A stretch of 64,000 bases of DNA. Source: Pseudomonadota bacterium (lineage in GTDB: Bacteria > Pseudomonadota > Alphaproteobacteria > Sphingomonadales > SMXR01). Positions 45,264 through 56,113 of the stretch are shown one piece after another (the first letter of the stretch is position 1; each line of letters begins with the position of its first letter). Position numbers and translations under genes: made by a program. The stretch is taken from NCBI GenBank assembly GCA_022574255.1, contig JACZSK010000006.1:811-64810 (forward strand), in the 5' to 3' direction. The notes below the pieces were generated by a model, which had not been told where the DNA came from, searched no databases, and was given only the letters and a program-made list of their open reading frames with translations.

Positions 45264-45926
45264 TCAAATCATCACTGTGCCGAGGTTTCGCCGCGTCGGC
45301 GGGCCGCTTTGGCTGCCGGGAACATCCACCGACAGGACGCGCACAGTGAAACGCTCGCCACCTTGCTGGTATTCGGTCTTCAGGCTGAACCCCAGCTCCT
45401 GCGAGTACCAGAGAGTGCGGCTCTCCCAGTGGCTGCCCGTTTCTCCCTGCCGTTCAATGCTCACCTCGATGAGGAAGACCGGAATTTTGCGTCCCTTTAT
45501 GCTTATTTCGGCCTCGCCCTGAACCACGACCTGCGCCCAGAGGGGCGCGCCCCCCTCGGTCTTGCTGCTCTCGAACAGGCCCTCCAGGCTCACTTCCTTG
45601 CCCACTTCAAGGGGAAAGAGCGGGTCCGGCAGGCTCACGTCGACCTGGTTGTGATAAAAGGATTCTCCCTCGCGCCCGAAAATCGGAAAGATTCCCCGGT
45701 AGACCTTGTAAACCGTGACAACCCGGCCCTCCCACTTCAAATTCCACGTGGAATAGCCGCCATGGACTTCGGAAACCTCGGCGGCGTAGATGTTCCCGAA
45801 AGCCTTCAGCGTGACGCGAAGGCCGGGACGCAGCGGATTTTCATCGGATGGGGCGGCGGCCGGCGCGCAGGAAGCCGCCAGCAGGGCTGATAAAAGGACA
45901 ATTATTGCTCTTGCCGTCGCCGTCAT
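45264..45926 (-). CDS. hypothetical lipoprotein
   Basis: Lipobox LLAASC after a hydrophobic signal. Beta-rich composition; no family recognised. Confidence 0.55.
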   Translation of the reverse strand: MTATARAIIVLLSALLAASCAPAAAPSDENPLRPGLRVTLKAFGNIYAAEVSEVHGGYSTWNLKWEGRVVTVYKVYRGIFPIFGREGESFYHNQVDVSLPDPLFPLEVGKEVSLEGLFESSKTEGGAPLWAQVVVQGEAEISIKGRKIPVFLIEVSIERQGETGSHWESRTLWYSQELGFSLKTEYQQGGERFTVRVLSVDVPGSQSGPPTRRNLGTVMI

Positions 45927-46163
45927 TCGCAGTATCCCCGCTGGAGTGCCGTTTTATCGAACCAGACAGCGGCCACCAGGGCATCTAAGGGGGCATCTAA
46001 GGGGGCATCTGAATGCGGCCTCCGTTGGCCAAGGCATCTTATTCATTCAATATAGGGCACGGCTGTCCCCGCACAATATCTATCGGCACCATGTCTATCG
46101 GCGCCCTGTTCAACGCCGGGCCCGCTTCCGGCCCGGCCAGCGGGAAATTCAACCAGGGTCTGG

Positions 46164-46751
46164 TCAAAAACCGGCGAATGAAACCAGCCTGTGAAGTTCT
46201 CCGGCGGAATCTTCATCGGCCCCGCCGGCGCCATCGGCCGGTGTCCCTGACGCCAATTGCGATTCGCTGGCCAGGAAAAGCGCCAGCGCGCGGTTTGCCG
46301 CCAGAACTTCGGAGGACGGCAGCAATTTCAGACCCTTGTCATAATCGGCGACCGCGCGGCCCAGGTCGCCCTTCTCCAGATAGACATTGCCCCTGTTGTT
46401 ATAGGGCTTCCACCGGTTGGGGCCCGACGCTATGGCCGCGTCGCAGCGCTCCAGTGCCTTTTCAAAATCGCGTTTGAAAAAATAGGCAACGCAGAGGTCA
46501 TTGTTGACATTGTGCTTGTCGGCGACCGAGAGATTTGAATCGAGCGCCCGTTCGTAAAGAGACACCGCCTGGTCAAGCTCGCCCCTGTAGAGCAAGGCGC
46601 GGCCCTTGGATATCAGCGCCGATTTCCTGATGACCAGCTCATAGGTATAGGCTTCGGCGGCCGGGGTCACGAGCAGGCCACCCATTGAAAATCCGCCCGC
46701 CGCGACCGCCAGACCAAATATAGCGATGCCGGCCCTGGTAAAAATTTTCAT
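46164..46751 (-). CDS. exported tetratricopeptide-repeat protein
   Basis: Signal peptide followed by repeated TPR-like A/Y/G patterns (e.g. YNNRGNVYLEKGDLGRAVADYDKGL). Confidence 0.7.
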   Translation of the reverse strand: MKIFTRAGIAIFGLAVAAGGFSMGGLLVTPAAEAYTYELVIRKSALISKGRALLYRGELDQAVSLYERALDSNLSVADKHNVNNDLCVAYFFKRDFEKALERCDAAIASGPNRWKPYNNRGNVYLEKGDLGRAVADYDKGLKLLPSSEVLAANRALALFLASESQLASGTPADGAGGADEDSAGELHRLVSFAGF

Positions 46752-46914
46752 GTTCTGTCTCCCGCTTTGTTTGTCGCTTCTCAGTTGCATATGGGTTGCA
46801 TATTTTTATTTGTTATGGTGTCGGCTTCCCTTGTTTGCCGGCATACAGATTACCACGAACCGGCACATATTGGCCAATATTGTCCTTGCAATTGCTTTTC
46901 GGAGCCTGCCAGAC

Positions 46915-47454
46915 TCAGCGCAAAGCCTTGGCTGATATAAAATCCAGGGGAGTCGCGCCGGACCATGATATGTCGCGCCAACTGGCCTCGCGGAAGGTAA
47001 ATCTTGCCAGCCCGGCCGTCGGATAGCCGCGCAGCATATCCGCCAGCAGCCCCGGTGCGCCCGCGCCGCAGAATTTCACAGCCGCCAATTGCATCGACGG
47101 GTTGTGACCGACCAGCATCAGCACCTCCAGGTCTTCGCCGGTCGATCGCGCAACCCGGAGAATGGCCTCTGTCGGGGCCTCGTAAAGGCTCTGGTCGAAA
47201 GACAGCGTTGGGGCATTGTCCGGCGCCCCGCTGACAGCCCTGCTAACAGCATTGGCGACTGCCTCCGCGGTCTGGCGGGCGCGCAGTGCCGGAGATGAAA
47301 TGATGGCGTCGGGAACGCAACCGCTGGCCAGCAGATGCGTACCGATCAGGGTGGCGGCCTCCCTGCCCTTGCCTTTCAGCGGGCGATCAAAATCCTTCAA
47401 GCCGGCTTCGCTCCAGCCGGATTTGGCGTGACGGAGAAGAAGCAGCGTTTTCAT
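46915..47454 (-). CDS. histidine phosphatase family protein (SixA-like)
   Basis: LLRHAKS catalytic motif at the N-terminus and GHNP near the C-terminal half. Confidence 0.75.
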   Translation of the reverse strand: MKTLLLLRHAKSGWSEAGLKDFDRPLKGKGREAATLIGTHLLASGCVPDAIISSPALRARQTAEAVANAVSRAVSGAPDNAPTLSFDQSLYEAPTEAILRVARSTGEDLEVLMLVGHNPSMQLAAVKFCGAGAPGLLADMLRGYPTAGLARFTFREASWRDISWSGATPLDFISAKALR

Positions 47455-47496
47455 CAGGCAATGGAATTCCGGGCAGCGGTCGGTCCGGCGATGCGA

Positions 47497-47913
47497 TCAG
47501 AGTACACGGGCCCGCGCCGCGGCGCCGCGCTCTATGGCCGCCGCCGTAAGCCGGTCAACAAGCAGCGTATGGCGGATCATCTCCAGAACCCTGAGTTCCT
47601 CCTGCGACAAATGCACATCGACAACCGCCACGTCGCAGGCAACGGCGTAGGCGGTGTCACAGCGATTTTCCGGGATCGCCTCCTTGACCAGGCCCATGAC
47701 CGCCTCCAGTCCGCCATCGGCGTCCAGGATTTCGGCACAGGTCTCGGCATCGGTGACCAGCTTTTCCGCGTCGTAGCCGGAAAAGGCCGGCAACGTGCTG
47801 ACGATCTCGCCAATCCGTTTCAGTTCGCTATCGGTCATTTCACTGTCCGAGGCCGACACAAGAACCATCAGGTAAACCAGTGCCGTGTGCGCGGTAATTG
47901 TACTTTCGCTCAT
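47497..47913 (-). CDS. TerB-like (tellurite-resistance TerB family) small protein
   Basis: 138 aa, helical and acidic, with paired E/D-rich segments (DSEMTDSELKRI ... SQEELRVLEMI) typical of TerB-like folds. Call from memory. Confidence 0.55.
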   Translation of the reverse strand: MSESTITAHTALVYLMVLVSASDSEMTDSELKRIGEIVSTLPAFSGYDAEKLVTDAETCAEILDADGGLEAVMGLVKEAIPENRCDTAYAVACDVAVVDVHLSQEELRVLEMIRHTLLVDRLTAAAIERGAAARARVL

Positions 47914-47971
47914 TGCTGATAGGCCCTTTTGCCGGTGTTTATGATTCTCCGCACCATATGGCTATTCGCGG

Positions 47972-50788
47972 CTATGGCGCAAGAAATTCTCTGGTCTTGC
48001 CGATCACCTGATCCAGCGGCAGGCGCTCGACGCTGACCCCGGGCGGAAAGGCGGGCAGCAGCCGGCTGGGGGTGGCAACGTCGAGCATAATAAATACGCC
48101 ACGATCGTCGGCGCCACGAATTAATCGCCCATAGGCCTGTTTCAGGCGCAGGCGGGTCAGGCTTTCGTCATACCCCCGGCCGCCGAAATGCGCGCGCCGC
48201 GCCTTGTGCAGGATGGTCGGGCGGGGCCAGGGCACCCGGTCGAAGACGATCAGCCGCAGCGACCGCCCGGGCACGTCGATGCCGTCCCTGACCGCGTCGG
48301 TGCCCAGCAGGCAAGCCTGCTCCTCGGCGCGGAAGATATCAACCAGCGTACCGGTATCCATGGGGTCCACATGCTGGGCCAGAAGCAGCAGCTCGGCGCT
48401 GGCCATATGCGGCGCGATCTCGCGGTAGACCGCTTTCAGCCGTTCGATTGCCGTGAATATGCCCAGCGCCCCGCCATTGGAGGCCTTGAACAGCGCCGCA
48501 TAGGCCGCCGATACTTCCGCCAGTGATCTCTTGTCAACGTCGGTGACCACGAACACCTGCGTCTGGGCAGGGTAGTCGAAAGGCGATTCAAAGCCGGCGC
48601 GGCGCGGCGGCTGCACCAGATGGTGACCGCCGACCCTGCTCTCGGCATTGCGCCAGCCGTCTTCTTCCCCTAACGCCTGCGCCTGATCGCGCAGCGTTGC
48701 TGAAGTCACGATCACTCCGTCGGCGGGCTCCAGCACCTTTTCGGCGAGGGGTATTGTGGGGTCCAGCCAGTGACGGTGAAGGCCGTAATCGGTCTCTCCG
48801 CCATCGGCCTTGTGGATGGCCAGCCAGTCAACATATGCGGATGCGGCGGCTGTTTCCGGTTCGGGTGCATCGCCCGTAAGGCAGACCAGCATATTTTGCC
48901 ATGCGCCCAGCGTTGCGGCGCGTTGCACCAGCCCGCGAATGGCGGCTGCGGCGCGCGGGTCTGGCGCTCCCTCTGGCCCCTCACCCTGCTCGTTCTCGTC
49001 CTGCAGGGCCTGCAAGCGGCGCGCCAACCCATCCATGCCATTGGTGAGCTCGCCGAGAATTTCCGCGAATTCCCTGGCCGCGACGCGCAGCTCGGCGCCC
49101 GGTGCCTCGGCGGCAAGCTCCAGCGAATGCCGCCCCGGCGGCGCGTCGTCCAGAACCTGGCTGCGCAATGCCATAAGGAAGTTTTCGCCATATCCCCTGG
49201 GCTGGGCCTTTTGCACCCGGCCGCGCCAGCCCGGCGCGGGCAAACAACCCGCAGCGTTGATGGCCGCATCGAGCAGTTCACCCGCCTTCCGGTCCTCGCC
49301 GGCCAGCTCGCCAAGCCGCGCCGCAAGCCCCCGCGCGCGCCCACCCCGGCGCCCGCCCGCGCTGCGTTCCGCGCCGAGAATCCAGCGCCGCATCATGGCC
49401 CCTTCGCGGCCCGAAATGGCCAGCGAAAAAGCCGAATCCGCCGCTTCGAACAGATGATGCCCCTCGTCGAACACCAGCCGGCGTGGCATGAAAGAGGCAT
49501 CGCCGCCCGGCGCCAGGCTGGTCAGCACAAGCGCATGATTGGCCACCACCAGATGGGCGGATCGGGATTTGCGCACCGCGCGCTCGATAAAACAGCGCTT
49601 GAAATGGGCGCAGGCGGAATGAATGCACTCACCGCGCCGGTCGGTCAAATCCAGCAAAACCCCGTTTCCAGAACCAGCACCGGAGATCAGCCAGCGGGGG
49701 AAATCGCCGCCCGCCATATCGCCGTCGCGGCTGTAAGGCAGCCAGCGCAAGATCAGTCCGAGGAGAATTTCCTGGCTGCGACCGGGGCTCTTCTGCCCGG
49801 CACGCACCAGGCTCTCCTCCAGATTCAACAGGCATAAATAGTTTTCGCGGCCCTTGCGCACTACAGCGCGGCGCGCCCGCTCGGCGGGGTCGGGATAAAG
49901 GCGCGCCAATTCCTGCTCCAGCTGCCGCTGCAGGTTTCTTGTATAGGTCGACAGCCAGACGGTGCCGCCGCTCTGTTCCGCCCAAAGACTTGCCGGCGCA
50001 ATATAGCCCAGCGTCTTGCCAATGCCGGTGCCTGCTTCCAACAGGCTGACCGCCGCTGATTTGCCTTTGCCGCCATCCCGCCGGGCGCTCGACTGGAAGG
50101 CTGCGCAGCAGGCGGCGGTATAGCCCTGCTGGGTGGGCCGGGTTTCAGCCCCCTCACCGAGCATCTGGTCGAGGCGGCGTAGCGCGTCTTCCTCCGGAAC
50201 GGAATACTCATTCCGCCCGCTGCGCCAGGCGCTGTCTCGCCATTCGGCGGGCATTTCCATGGCCTCGGCCTTGCCCGCGGGTTTTTCGGCGCCGAGGGCC
50301 TTCAGCACCAACGGCGCCCAGGGCCAGGCCGCCTGCGCCATGATCCGCGCCGCCGCAACCGCACCACGACGATAAGCATAGTTGTCTGACGCAAGTTCCC
50401 GCAGGAGGCTCGCCGCCATGCCGCGCAGCAGGTCAGCCTCCGCGTCCGCGCCGCAATCGCTATTATCCGGCGGCTGAATATCCAGCGCGTGAATATCCAG
50501 CGCATTGGCCAGGGCGTCCCGGGTAGGCACCAGAAAGACCGCCGGCCGGACGAAGGCAAAAAGCTCGAGAAGATCATACTGGAGTGGCGGAGAACCGCTT
50601 GTTTTGTCCAGCAGTCCCAGACGGGCCAGCGTCATCGGGGCGTTGACCAGCAAATGCGGGGCGGCCTGTAGCGCCGCCGCGGCGGCGCTCCCGGCTGCGG
50701 CCCCGGCTGCGGCCCCGGCCAGCACCGGCAGCCCGCTCACGTCGGCTGCGGGGTCTGCTGTTGCAGCGGGAGGTGTCATCTGATCCAT
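47972..50788 (-). CDS. DinG/Rad3-family ATP-dependent DNA helicase with a long N-terminal extension
   Basis: Walker [10 protein letters not shown], a DEGHH box and a helicase C-terminal region. Start at ATG 50788 avoids overlap with the divergent lysK. Confidence 0.8.
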   Translation of the reverse strand: MDQMTPPAATADPAADVSGLPVLAGAAAGAAAGSAAAAALQAAPHLLVNAPMTLARLGLLDKTSGSPPLQYDLLELFAFVRPAVFLVPTRDALANALDIHALDIQPPDNSDCGADAEADLLRGMAASLLRELASDNYAYRRGAVAAARIMAQAAWPWAPLVLKALGAEKPAGKAEAMEMPAEWRDSAWRSGRNEYSVPEEDALRRLDQMLGEGAETRPTQQGYTAACCAAFQSSARRDGGKGKSAAVSLLEAGTGIGKTLGYIAPASLWAEQSGGTVWLSTYTRNLQRQLEQELARLYPDPAERARRAVVRKGRENYLCLLNLEESLVRAGQKSPGRSQEILLGLILRWLPYSRDGDMAGGDFPRWLISGAGSGNGVLLDLTDRRGECIHSACAHFKRCFIERAVRKSRSAHLVVANHALVLTSLAPGGDASFMPRRLVFDEGHHLFEAADSAFSLAISGREGAMMRRWILGAERSAGGRRGGRARGLAARLGELAGEDRKAGELLDAAINAAGCLPAPGWRGRVQKAQPRGYGENFLMALRSQVLDDAPPGRHSLELAAEAPGAELRVAAREFAEILGELTNGMDGLARRLQALQDENEQGEGPEGAPDPRAAAAIRGLVQRAATLGAWQNMLVCLTGDAPEPETAAASAYVDWLAIHKADGGETDYGLHRHWLDPTIPLAEKVLEPADGVIVTSATLRDQAQALGEEDGWRNAESRVGGHHLVQPPRRAGFESPFDYPAQTQVFVVTDVDKRSLAEVSAAYAALFKASNGGALGIFTAIERLKAVYREIAPHMASAELLLLAQHVDPMDTGTLVDIFRAEEQACLLGTDAVRDGIDVPGRSLRLIVFDRVPWPRPTILHKARRAHFGGRGYDESLTRLRLKQAYGRLIRGADDRGVFIMLDVATPSRLLPAFPPGVSVERLPLDQVIGKTREFLAP

Positions 50789-50935
50789 AATCGCTGCACC
50801 ATACCCAATCGCGGGTGGAACCAACAGCGGCCTTGCGCGGCAATCGGGATCGTGTTGATGTTGGCCTTGCGGGCCGGATGGTATAAATCCTTCGCGACGC
50901 ATTATGGTCGCGGTCCAATAAACAGGTGGGTTATC

Positions 50936-52534
50936 TTGTCACTCTCGGATAAAGCAGCCGAATTGGCGGGGCTTGCAGGCTCCAGCAAGGCCTGGCCCTT
51001 CCAGGAAGCGGTCAAGCTGGCCAGGCGTTTCGAGAGAGCGCCGCCGGCAAAAGGCTATGCCCTGTTTGAGACCGGCTATGGCCCCAGCGGCCTGCCGCAT
51101 ATCGGCACCTTCGGCGAAGTGGCGCGCACCGCCATGGTGCGCCATGCTTTCGGAATTATTTCCGACATTCCGACCAAGCTGTTTTGTTTCTCGGACGATA
51201 TGGATGGCCTGCGGAAAGTGCCCGACAACCTGCCCAACGGGGAAATGCTGACCGCGCATCTGGGCATACCTCTGTCCCGCGTCCCCGATCCATTTGGCGA
51301 ATATGAAAGCCTCGCTGCCCATAACAACGCACGTTTGAAGGCCTTTCTCGATGCCTTCGGCTTCGACTATGAGTTTTTGTCGTCGAGCGAATGCTATGCC
51401 TCGGGCCGGTTCGACGAGACGCTGCTTAAAATTCTCGCCAATTACCAGCGCGTGATCGACGTTATTCTGCCCACCCTGGGCAGCGAAAGACGCCAGACCT
51501 ATAGCCCCTTCCTGCCCGTTTCCCCCTCCACCGGGCGGGTTCTGCAGGTACCGCTGAGCGGAATGGACGCCGAGGCCGGCACCATTACCTTCACCGATGA
51601 AAACGGTGACGTCGTGACGTCGCTGGTAACCGGCGGCGCCTGCAAACTGCAATGGAAGGTGGATTGGGCGATGCGCTGGGACGCGCTGGACGTGGATTAC
51701 GAAATGTCGGGCAAGGACCTGATGGAATCGGTCAAACTGTCCAGCCAAATCCGCCGCATCCTGGGTGGCCGGCCGCCCGAGGGGTTCATATACGAGCTTT
51801 TTCTCGACGAAAAAGGCGAGAAGATTTCCAAATCGAAGGGCAACGGCCTGGCCATCGACGACTGGCTGCGTTATGCCTCGCCGGAAAGCCTGTCGCTGTT
51901 CATGTATCAGAACCCGCGGCGCGCCAAACGGCTGTTTTTTGACGTTATCCCGAAGGCGGTGGACGAATATGGCGCCCTTCTCGCCGCCTACCCGGACCAG
52001 GACCTGAAAGTGCAGCTGGCCAGCCCGGTTTACCATATCCACAGTGGCGTGCCGCCGGTGGCGGAAGCGCCCGTGAGCTTCGCCTTGTTGCTTAACCTGG
52101 TGAGCGCCGCGAACAGCAGCGACAAGGCTCTGTTATGGGGATTTGTCTCGCGCTATGTGCCTGGGGTCAGCGCCGCCACCCATCCCGGACTGGACCGGGA
52201 GCTGGATTACGCGATCACCTATTTCGAGGATTTCGTGGCCCCCACCCGCACCTACCGGCTGCCCGATGAGCGCGAGGCCAGAGCCCTGGAAGCCCTTGTG
52301 GAAGCGCTGAAGAGCCTGGAAGAGAGCGCCGGCGCGACGGCCATACAGACGGTTGTCTACGAGATTGGCAAGACCCATGATTTCGAGACTCTCAGGGACT
52401 GGTTCCGCGCGCTCTACGAAATTCTGCTTGGCCAGGCCCAGGGCCCGCGCATGGGCAGCTTTATCGCGCTCTTCGGCCGCAAGGAGACAATCGCCCTGAT
52501 AGAGAAGGTGCTGGCTGGCGAGAAAGTCGGCTGA
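50936..52534 (+). CDS. lysK: lysine--tRNA ligase, class I
   Basis: HIGN-type motif (PHIGTFGE) and KMSKS-type KISKSKG. The start is likely TTG 50936; the 50852 start in the ORF track overlaps the helicase ORF. Confidence 0.85.
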   Translation: MSLSDKAAELAGLAGSSKAWPFQEAVKLARRFERAPPAKGYALFETGYGPSGLPHIGTFGEVARTAMVRHAFGIISDIPTKLFCFSDDMDGLRKVPDNLPNGEMLTAHLGIPLSRVPDPFGEYESLAAHNNARLKAFLDAFGFDYEFLSSSECYASGRFDETLLKILANYQRVIDVILPTLGSERRQTYSPFLPVSPSTGRVLQVPLSGMDAEAGTITFTDENGDVVTSLVTGGACKLQWKVDWAMRWDALDVDYEMSGKDLMESVKLSSQIRRILGGRPPEGFIYELFLDEKGEKISKSKGNGLAIDDWLRYASPESLSLFMYQNPRRAKRLFFDVIPKAVDEYGALLAAYPDQDLKVQLASPVYHIHSGVPPVAEAPVSFALLLNLVSAANSSDKALLWGFVSRYVPGVSAATHPGLDRELDYAITYFEDFVAPTRTYRLPDEREARALEALVEALKSLEESAGATAIQTVVYEIGKTHDFETLRDWFRALYEILLGQAQGPRMGSFIALFGRKETIALIEKVLAGEKVG

Positions 52535-52560
52535 GACAATTATTCGCTGGAAGGAAGCGG

Positions 52561-53406
52561 ATGCGTTCGCTGCATATTCTACGGCTGTTGATCCTGCTTC
52601 TGCTGGCCCCCGCCCTGCTGCCTCTGTCAGGCTCGACGGTCGCCGCACCACGGGAAGACACTGACTTCGCCGCTGCCGAGGCGCTGTATAACGCCGGGGA
52701 ATTCGAGGCCGCCCTGGCCGCCGCCCGCGCCCTGGATACACCGGACGGCTTTGCCCTGGCATCGCGCGCGGGACTTGTGCTGATGCGCTATTTCATGCCA
52801 CCCGCGGAGCGCCCCGCCGCCATCGAGGCGGCGCTGGCCGACGCCCGCCGGGCACTGGACGCGGACCCGGAGCATCTGGAGGGTAACCTTGAGGCGGCAA
52901 TATCCATTGGCTACCGCGGCAAGCTCACGCGATCCATGGGCGACGCCTGGGCGGGGAAAAAGTATATCGACACCGCCCTCCTGCATCACCCGGACAGCGC
53001 CTGGGCGGAGGCCGTGCTGGGCGGCTGGAACGGCGAAGTGGTCATGGAGGCGGGGCGTTTTTTCGCCGGCATGCTGTTTGGCGCCAAGCGCAAGAGAGCG
53101 GTTCAGCATTTCCGCGCCGGGCTGGCGATCGAGCCGGAGAATATTGCCATCCGCACCGGTTTTGCCATCACCCTGCTGCGCTTCAACCGGTCGCGCTTCG
53201 AGAAAGAGGCGATTGAGCTTCTCTCCGGGACAATTGCCCTTGACGCGGAATATACCGCAGAAAATGCCGCAGAAAATACCCGAGAAAATGCCCTGGATGA
53301 AATACTGGTCAACCAATCGCGGGAACTCCTGGGGGCGCTGCAGGAAGGCCGGCGCGAGGATCTGCGGGCGCTTCTTCAGCGTTTGACCACATTCGCCGAC
53401 CGTTGA
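52561..53406 (+). CDS. exported helical-repeat hypothetical protein
   Basis: Signal peptide (LLILLLLAPALLPLSG), Ala-rich helical content and an internal AENAAENTRENA repeat. Confidence 0.5.
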   Translation: MRSLHILRLLILLLLAPALLPLSGSTVAAPREDTDFAAAEALYNAGEFEAALAAARALDTPDGFALASRAGLVLMRYFMPPAERPAAIEAALADARRALDADPEHLEGNLEAAISIGYRGKLTRSMGDAWAGKKYIDTALLHHPDSAWAEAVLGGWNGEVVMEAGRFFAGMLFGAKRKRAVQHFRAGLAIEPENIAIRTGFAITLLRFNRSRFEKEAIELLSGTIALDAEYTAENAAENTRENALDEILVNQSRELLGALQEGRREDLRALLQRLTTFADR

Positions 53407-53455
53407 AGCGAAGGAGCTTGCGCGAGGGGGCGGCTTATGTCTTCATTCCGGCCAA

Positions 53456-53794
53456 GTGGGCAGGCGGGCAAGACAGGCAATCAGCGCGGACAGAGGTGAT
53501 CTCTTGACGGCAGGAACGGTAATCAAACTGGTTTTTCTCAGCCTCGCCGTGGGGCTTGTGCTATCTTATTTCGGCGTCAGCGCCGCCAATTTCTGGAATT
53601 CCATGGCTGAACTGGCGGTCAGCGCCTGGGAATCCGCAATCACTTTCTTTGACTGGGCGTGGAAATACATCCTTATTGGCGGGGCGGTCGTGGTGCCGGT
53701 TTATGTGCTGCGCGGGCTGTCCAGATATTTACGCGGGAGACCCGGTGGCCAGGCCGGGCAAACCGAACAGACCACAGAGACCAGAGAAGAGTAG
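53456..53794 (+). CDS. small two-TM membrane protein (DUF6460-like)
   Basis: Two hydrophobic helices and a basic C-terminal tail. Resembles a small alphaproteobacterial family as recalled. Start uncertain (GTG 53456 or downstream). Confidence 0.45.
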   Translation: MGRRARQAISADRGDLLTAGTVIKLVFLSLAVGLVLSYFGVSAANFWNSMAELAVSAWESAITFFDWAWKYILIGGAVVVPVYVLRGLSRYLRGRPGGQAGQTEQTTETREE

Positions 53795-53814
53795 GAACAG
53801 GCGTGGTTGATCTT

Positions 53815-54465
53815 ATGGGCGGTGGAAGCGGCGGCCCGGAAAGCGGCGCGGACGCCCGCCAGTTTGCCGCGGCCACCCTGCGCAATCGCGAGCCCATCCT
53901 CGCGGTGCTCGACCGGGTCATGCCCCCCGAGGGCACGATACTGGAGATTGGCAGCGGCTCGGGCGAACATGCGGTCTATTTCGCACCGCGGTTAGAGGGC
54001 CGTCACTGGCTGCCCAGCGATGCCGCGCCCGACAAGCGCATGAGCATTGCCGCCTGGATTGAAGCGGAGCCTGCGGATAACATTCTCAAGCCGGTGAACA
54101 TCGACACTTGCACCCATCACTGGACCGTAGAGCGGGTTATTCCTTCGCCGCGCATCGTCGCCATTGCCTCCATGAATATGATTCATATTGCGCCCTGGCG
54201 CGCCTGCCTCGGCCTCATGGCCGGCGCCGCACGCATCCTCAAGCGCGGCCATATCCTCTATCTTTATGGGCCCTTCTTTCGCGACGGCATACAAACCGCC
54301 CCCTCGAACGAAAGCTTCGACGACCGGCTGCAGGTGGAAAACCCCGAATGGGGTATCCGCGATCTGGAAACCGTCGCCGATGCCGCCTCGTCGCAGGGTC
54401 TCGATCTGGCTGAAGTGGTTGAGATGCCGGCGAACAACCTGTCGGTCATTTTCCGCCGCGCCTGA
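53815..54465 (+). CDS. DUF938 family protein (methyltransferase fold)
   Basis: RNREPILAVL...ILEIGSGSGEHAVYFA...WLPSD pattern. Start at ATG 53815. Confidence 0.7.
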   Translation: MGGGSGGPESGADARQFAAATLRNREPILAVLDRVMPPEGTILEIGSGSGEHAVYFAPRLEGRHWLPSDAAPDKRMSIAAWIEAEPADNILKPVNIDTCTHHWTVERVIPSPRIVAIASMNMIHIAPWRACLGLMAGAARILKRGHILYLYGPFFRDGIQTAPSNESFDDRLQVENPEWGIRDLETVADAASSQGLDLAEVVEMPANNLSVIFRRA

Positions 54466-54486
54466 AGGCCGGGACTTTTCGGGGAA

Positions 54487-54562
54487 TGGTGCCGCCTGGG
54501 TGACTCGAACACCCGACCTCCGCATTACGAATGCGATGCTCTACCAGCTGAGCTAAGGCGGC
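54487..54562 (-). tRNA. tRNA-Thr (anticodon CGU), CCA encoded
   Basis: Manual fold of GCCGCCT-TA-GCTC-AGCTGGTA-GAGC-A-TCGCA-TTCGTAA-TGCGG-AGGTC-GGGTG-TTCGAGT-CACCC-AGGCGGC-A-CCA; 76 nt. Confidence 0.95.
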
Positions 54563-54663
54563 ACAAATCCGGCGCCCGGAAAAGCGCTGGCACAATAGGA
54601 CCAAGGCCTGTTGTTCGCAAGGCCGGAAAGCAGACCGCGGCGAAGCGCCTGACGGACGGCGGT

Positions 54664-56109
54664 TTATTTCTTGTCCAAAACCCCGGGGTCGATATCCGGC
54701 GGTGGCGGTAAAGTCCCGGCCAGAGAATCCGGTAACAGCGCCACATTGGCCTCGCCGCCCGCCCGCCAATCAAGCCCATAACCTTGCCCATAACCCGGCC
54801 CATCACCCGGAACAGACACGCCCGGAACGCCCCAGTTCAGGCTGTCGAAGGCCTGGCAATTGTCACAATGGCTGGTCCAGCGATCATGGCCGGTGCCGCA
54901 TTGGGCACAGATCCAGCGCGGCGCCGGCTGGCCGCCCCTTGCGCCCGCATCAAATTCCCGGGCGGTCTCTTCCGCATCCTCGCCGCCCCGCGCCCGCGCC
55001 ACGGCCGCCAGAATACGAAAGCCACGTGCCGGAGACCCGGTCTCCAGAACGGCCTGAGCCAGGGTCTCGGCTTCCCGGTAATGATCGGCGGCGAGGGCCT
55101 TTTCGGCCAGCGTCAACCGGCTCTCGGAAGAATCACTGTTGCGCTTGGCCAGCCGCGAAAAACGCCTGTAGCGCTCACTGGCGCGCTCCATGGGATCAAA
55201 CTGCTCGAAGACTTCGGCCAGTTCGGGATGCGGCGCTATGGCCCAGCCGCGCCCTATGCTGCGCGCCGCTTTCTTCTCATCACCCGCCGCCAGTTGCAGC
55301 CGGGCGAGCTGGGCCGTGGCCGGGGCAAAATCCCGGCGCTGACGCAGCGCCGCCTTAAGCAGCTTTTCCGCCTCGCCGGTGTTTCCAGCCAGCGCCTCCT
55401 CCCGCGCCCGGCAAAAACCCAGCGCGCATTTGTGCCGCTTGATCTCATCGGCCTCGAACACCTTGCCGCGCCGCGCCTGCAAAAGCGTCTCCTCCGCCTC
55501 CTGCCACAGTGCTTCGCGCACCTGCAGGCCAAATAGCGTGCGGATGGCCCAGGGGCTCTGCGGGTCGGTATCGCAGGCTTGCCGCGCCAACCGCAGGGCC
55601 TCGCGCCTGCGCCCTGCTTTCATGGCGTTGGCCAAGAGCCCGCGCAGACCGAGAAAAGCCGCCGCCGGGTCTTCCAGCAAGGCCCGGTATTCAGCTTCCG
55701 CCGCCGCTTCGTCGCCGGCCAGCCGCGCCGCCTGGGCGGCCAGCACATGGGTCACCGGTTGCGGCGGCAACAACCGCCGGGCGCGGGCGCTCAGCCTCTG
55801 CGCGGCGCCGGCATCACCGGCGGCAAGTGCGATCACCGCCTGATTGAGGGCGACAAGACCGCGGCGCTGGCGGTTGAGATGCCGGTCGGCGCCAACGAAC
55901 GGCAATTTCCGCGCCAGCAATGCCCAAATCCATTGCAGCATTATTCCCGCAAGCAGCAGAACAACCAGCAGAACAACCAGCGCCGCGATCGAGGCTTCAA
56001 TGCGCCAGCCCTGCCAGTCGATCACCACGGCGCCGGGCCGGTCGGCGATCCAGGACATGCCGGCGCCCAGGGCCAGAACCAGGAGAAGAAGCAGGGTGAC
56101 GCGCCGCAT
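54664..56109 (-). CDS. hemY: HemY-like TPR membrane protein
   Basis: Two N-terminal TM helices, TPR-like Ala-rich repeats and a C-terminal Cys cluster (CAQCG...HCDNC). Positioned after hemC/hemD. Confidence 0.8.
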   Translation of the reverse strand: MRRVTLLLLLVLALGAGMSWIADRPGAVVIDWQGWRIEASIAALVVLLVVLLLAGIMLQWIWALLARKLPFVGADRHLNRQRRGLVALNQAVIALAAGDAGAAQRLSARARRLLPPQPVTHVLAAQAARLAGDEAAAEAEYRALLEDPAAAFLGLRGLLANAMKAGRRREALRLARQACDTDPQSPWAIRTLFGLQVREALWQEAEETLLQARRGKVFEADEIKRHKCALGFCRAREEALAGNTGEAEKLLKAALRQRRDFAPATAQLARLQLAAGDEKKAARSIGRGWAIAPHPELAEVFEQFDPMERASERYRRFSRLAKRNSDSSESRLTLAEKALAADHYREAETLAQAVLETGSPARGFRILAAVARARGGEDAEETAREFDAGARGGQPAPRWICAQCGTGHDRWTSHCDNCQAFDSLNWGVPGVSVPGDGPGYGQGYGLDWRAGGEANVALLPDSLAGTLPPPPDIDPGVLDKK

Positions 56110-56113
56110 GGTG

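Noticed and set aside
48770-49837. 355-aa ORF on the + strand, plus other overlapping ORFs within 47972-50902
   Set aside because: They are antisense or out of frame relative to the DinG-family helicase. They are Arg/Pro/Ala-rich with no motifs.
50939-52042. 367-aa ORF on the - strand
   Set aside because: It is antisense to class I lysyl-tRNA synthetase, which has HIGN/KMSKS-type motifs.
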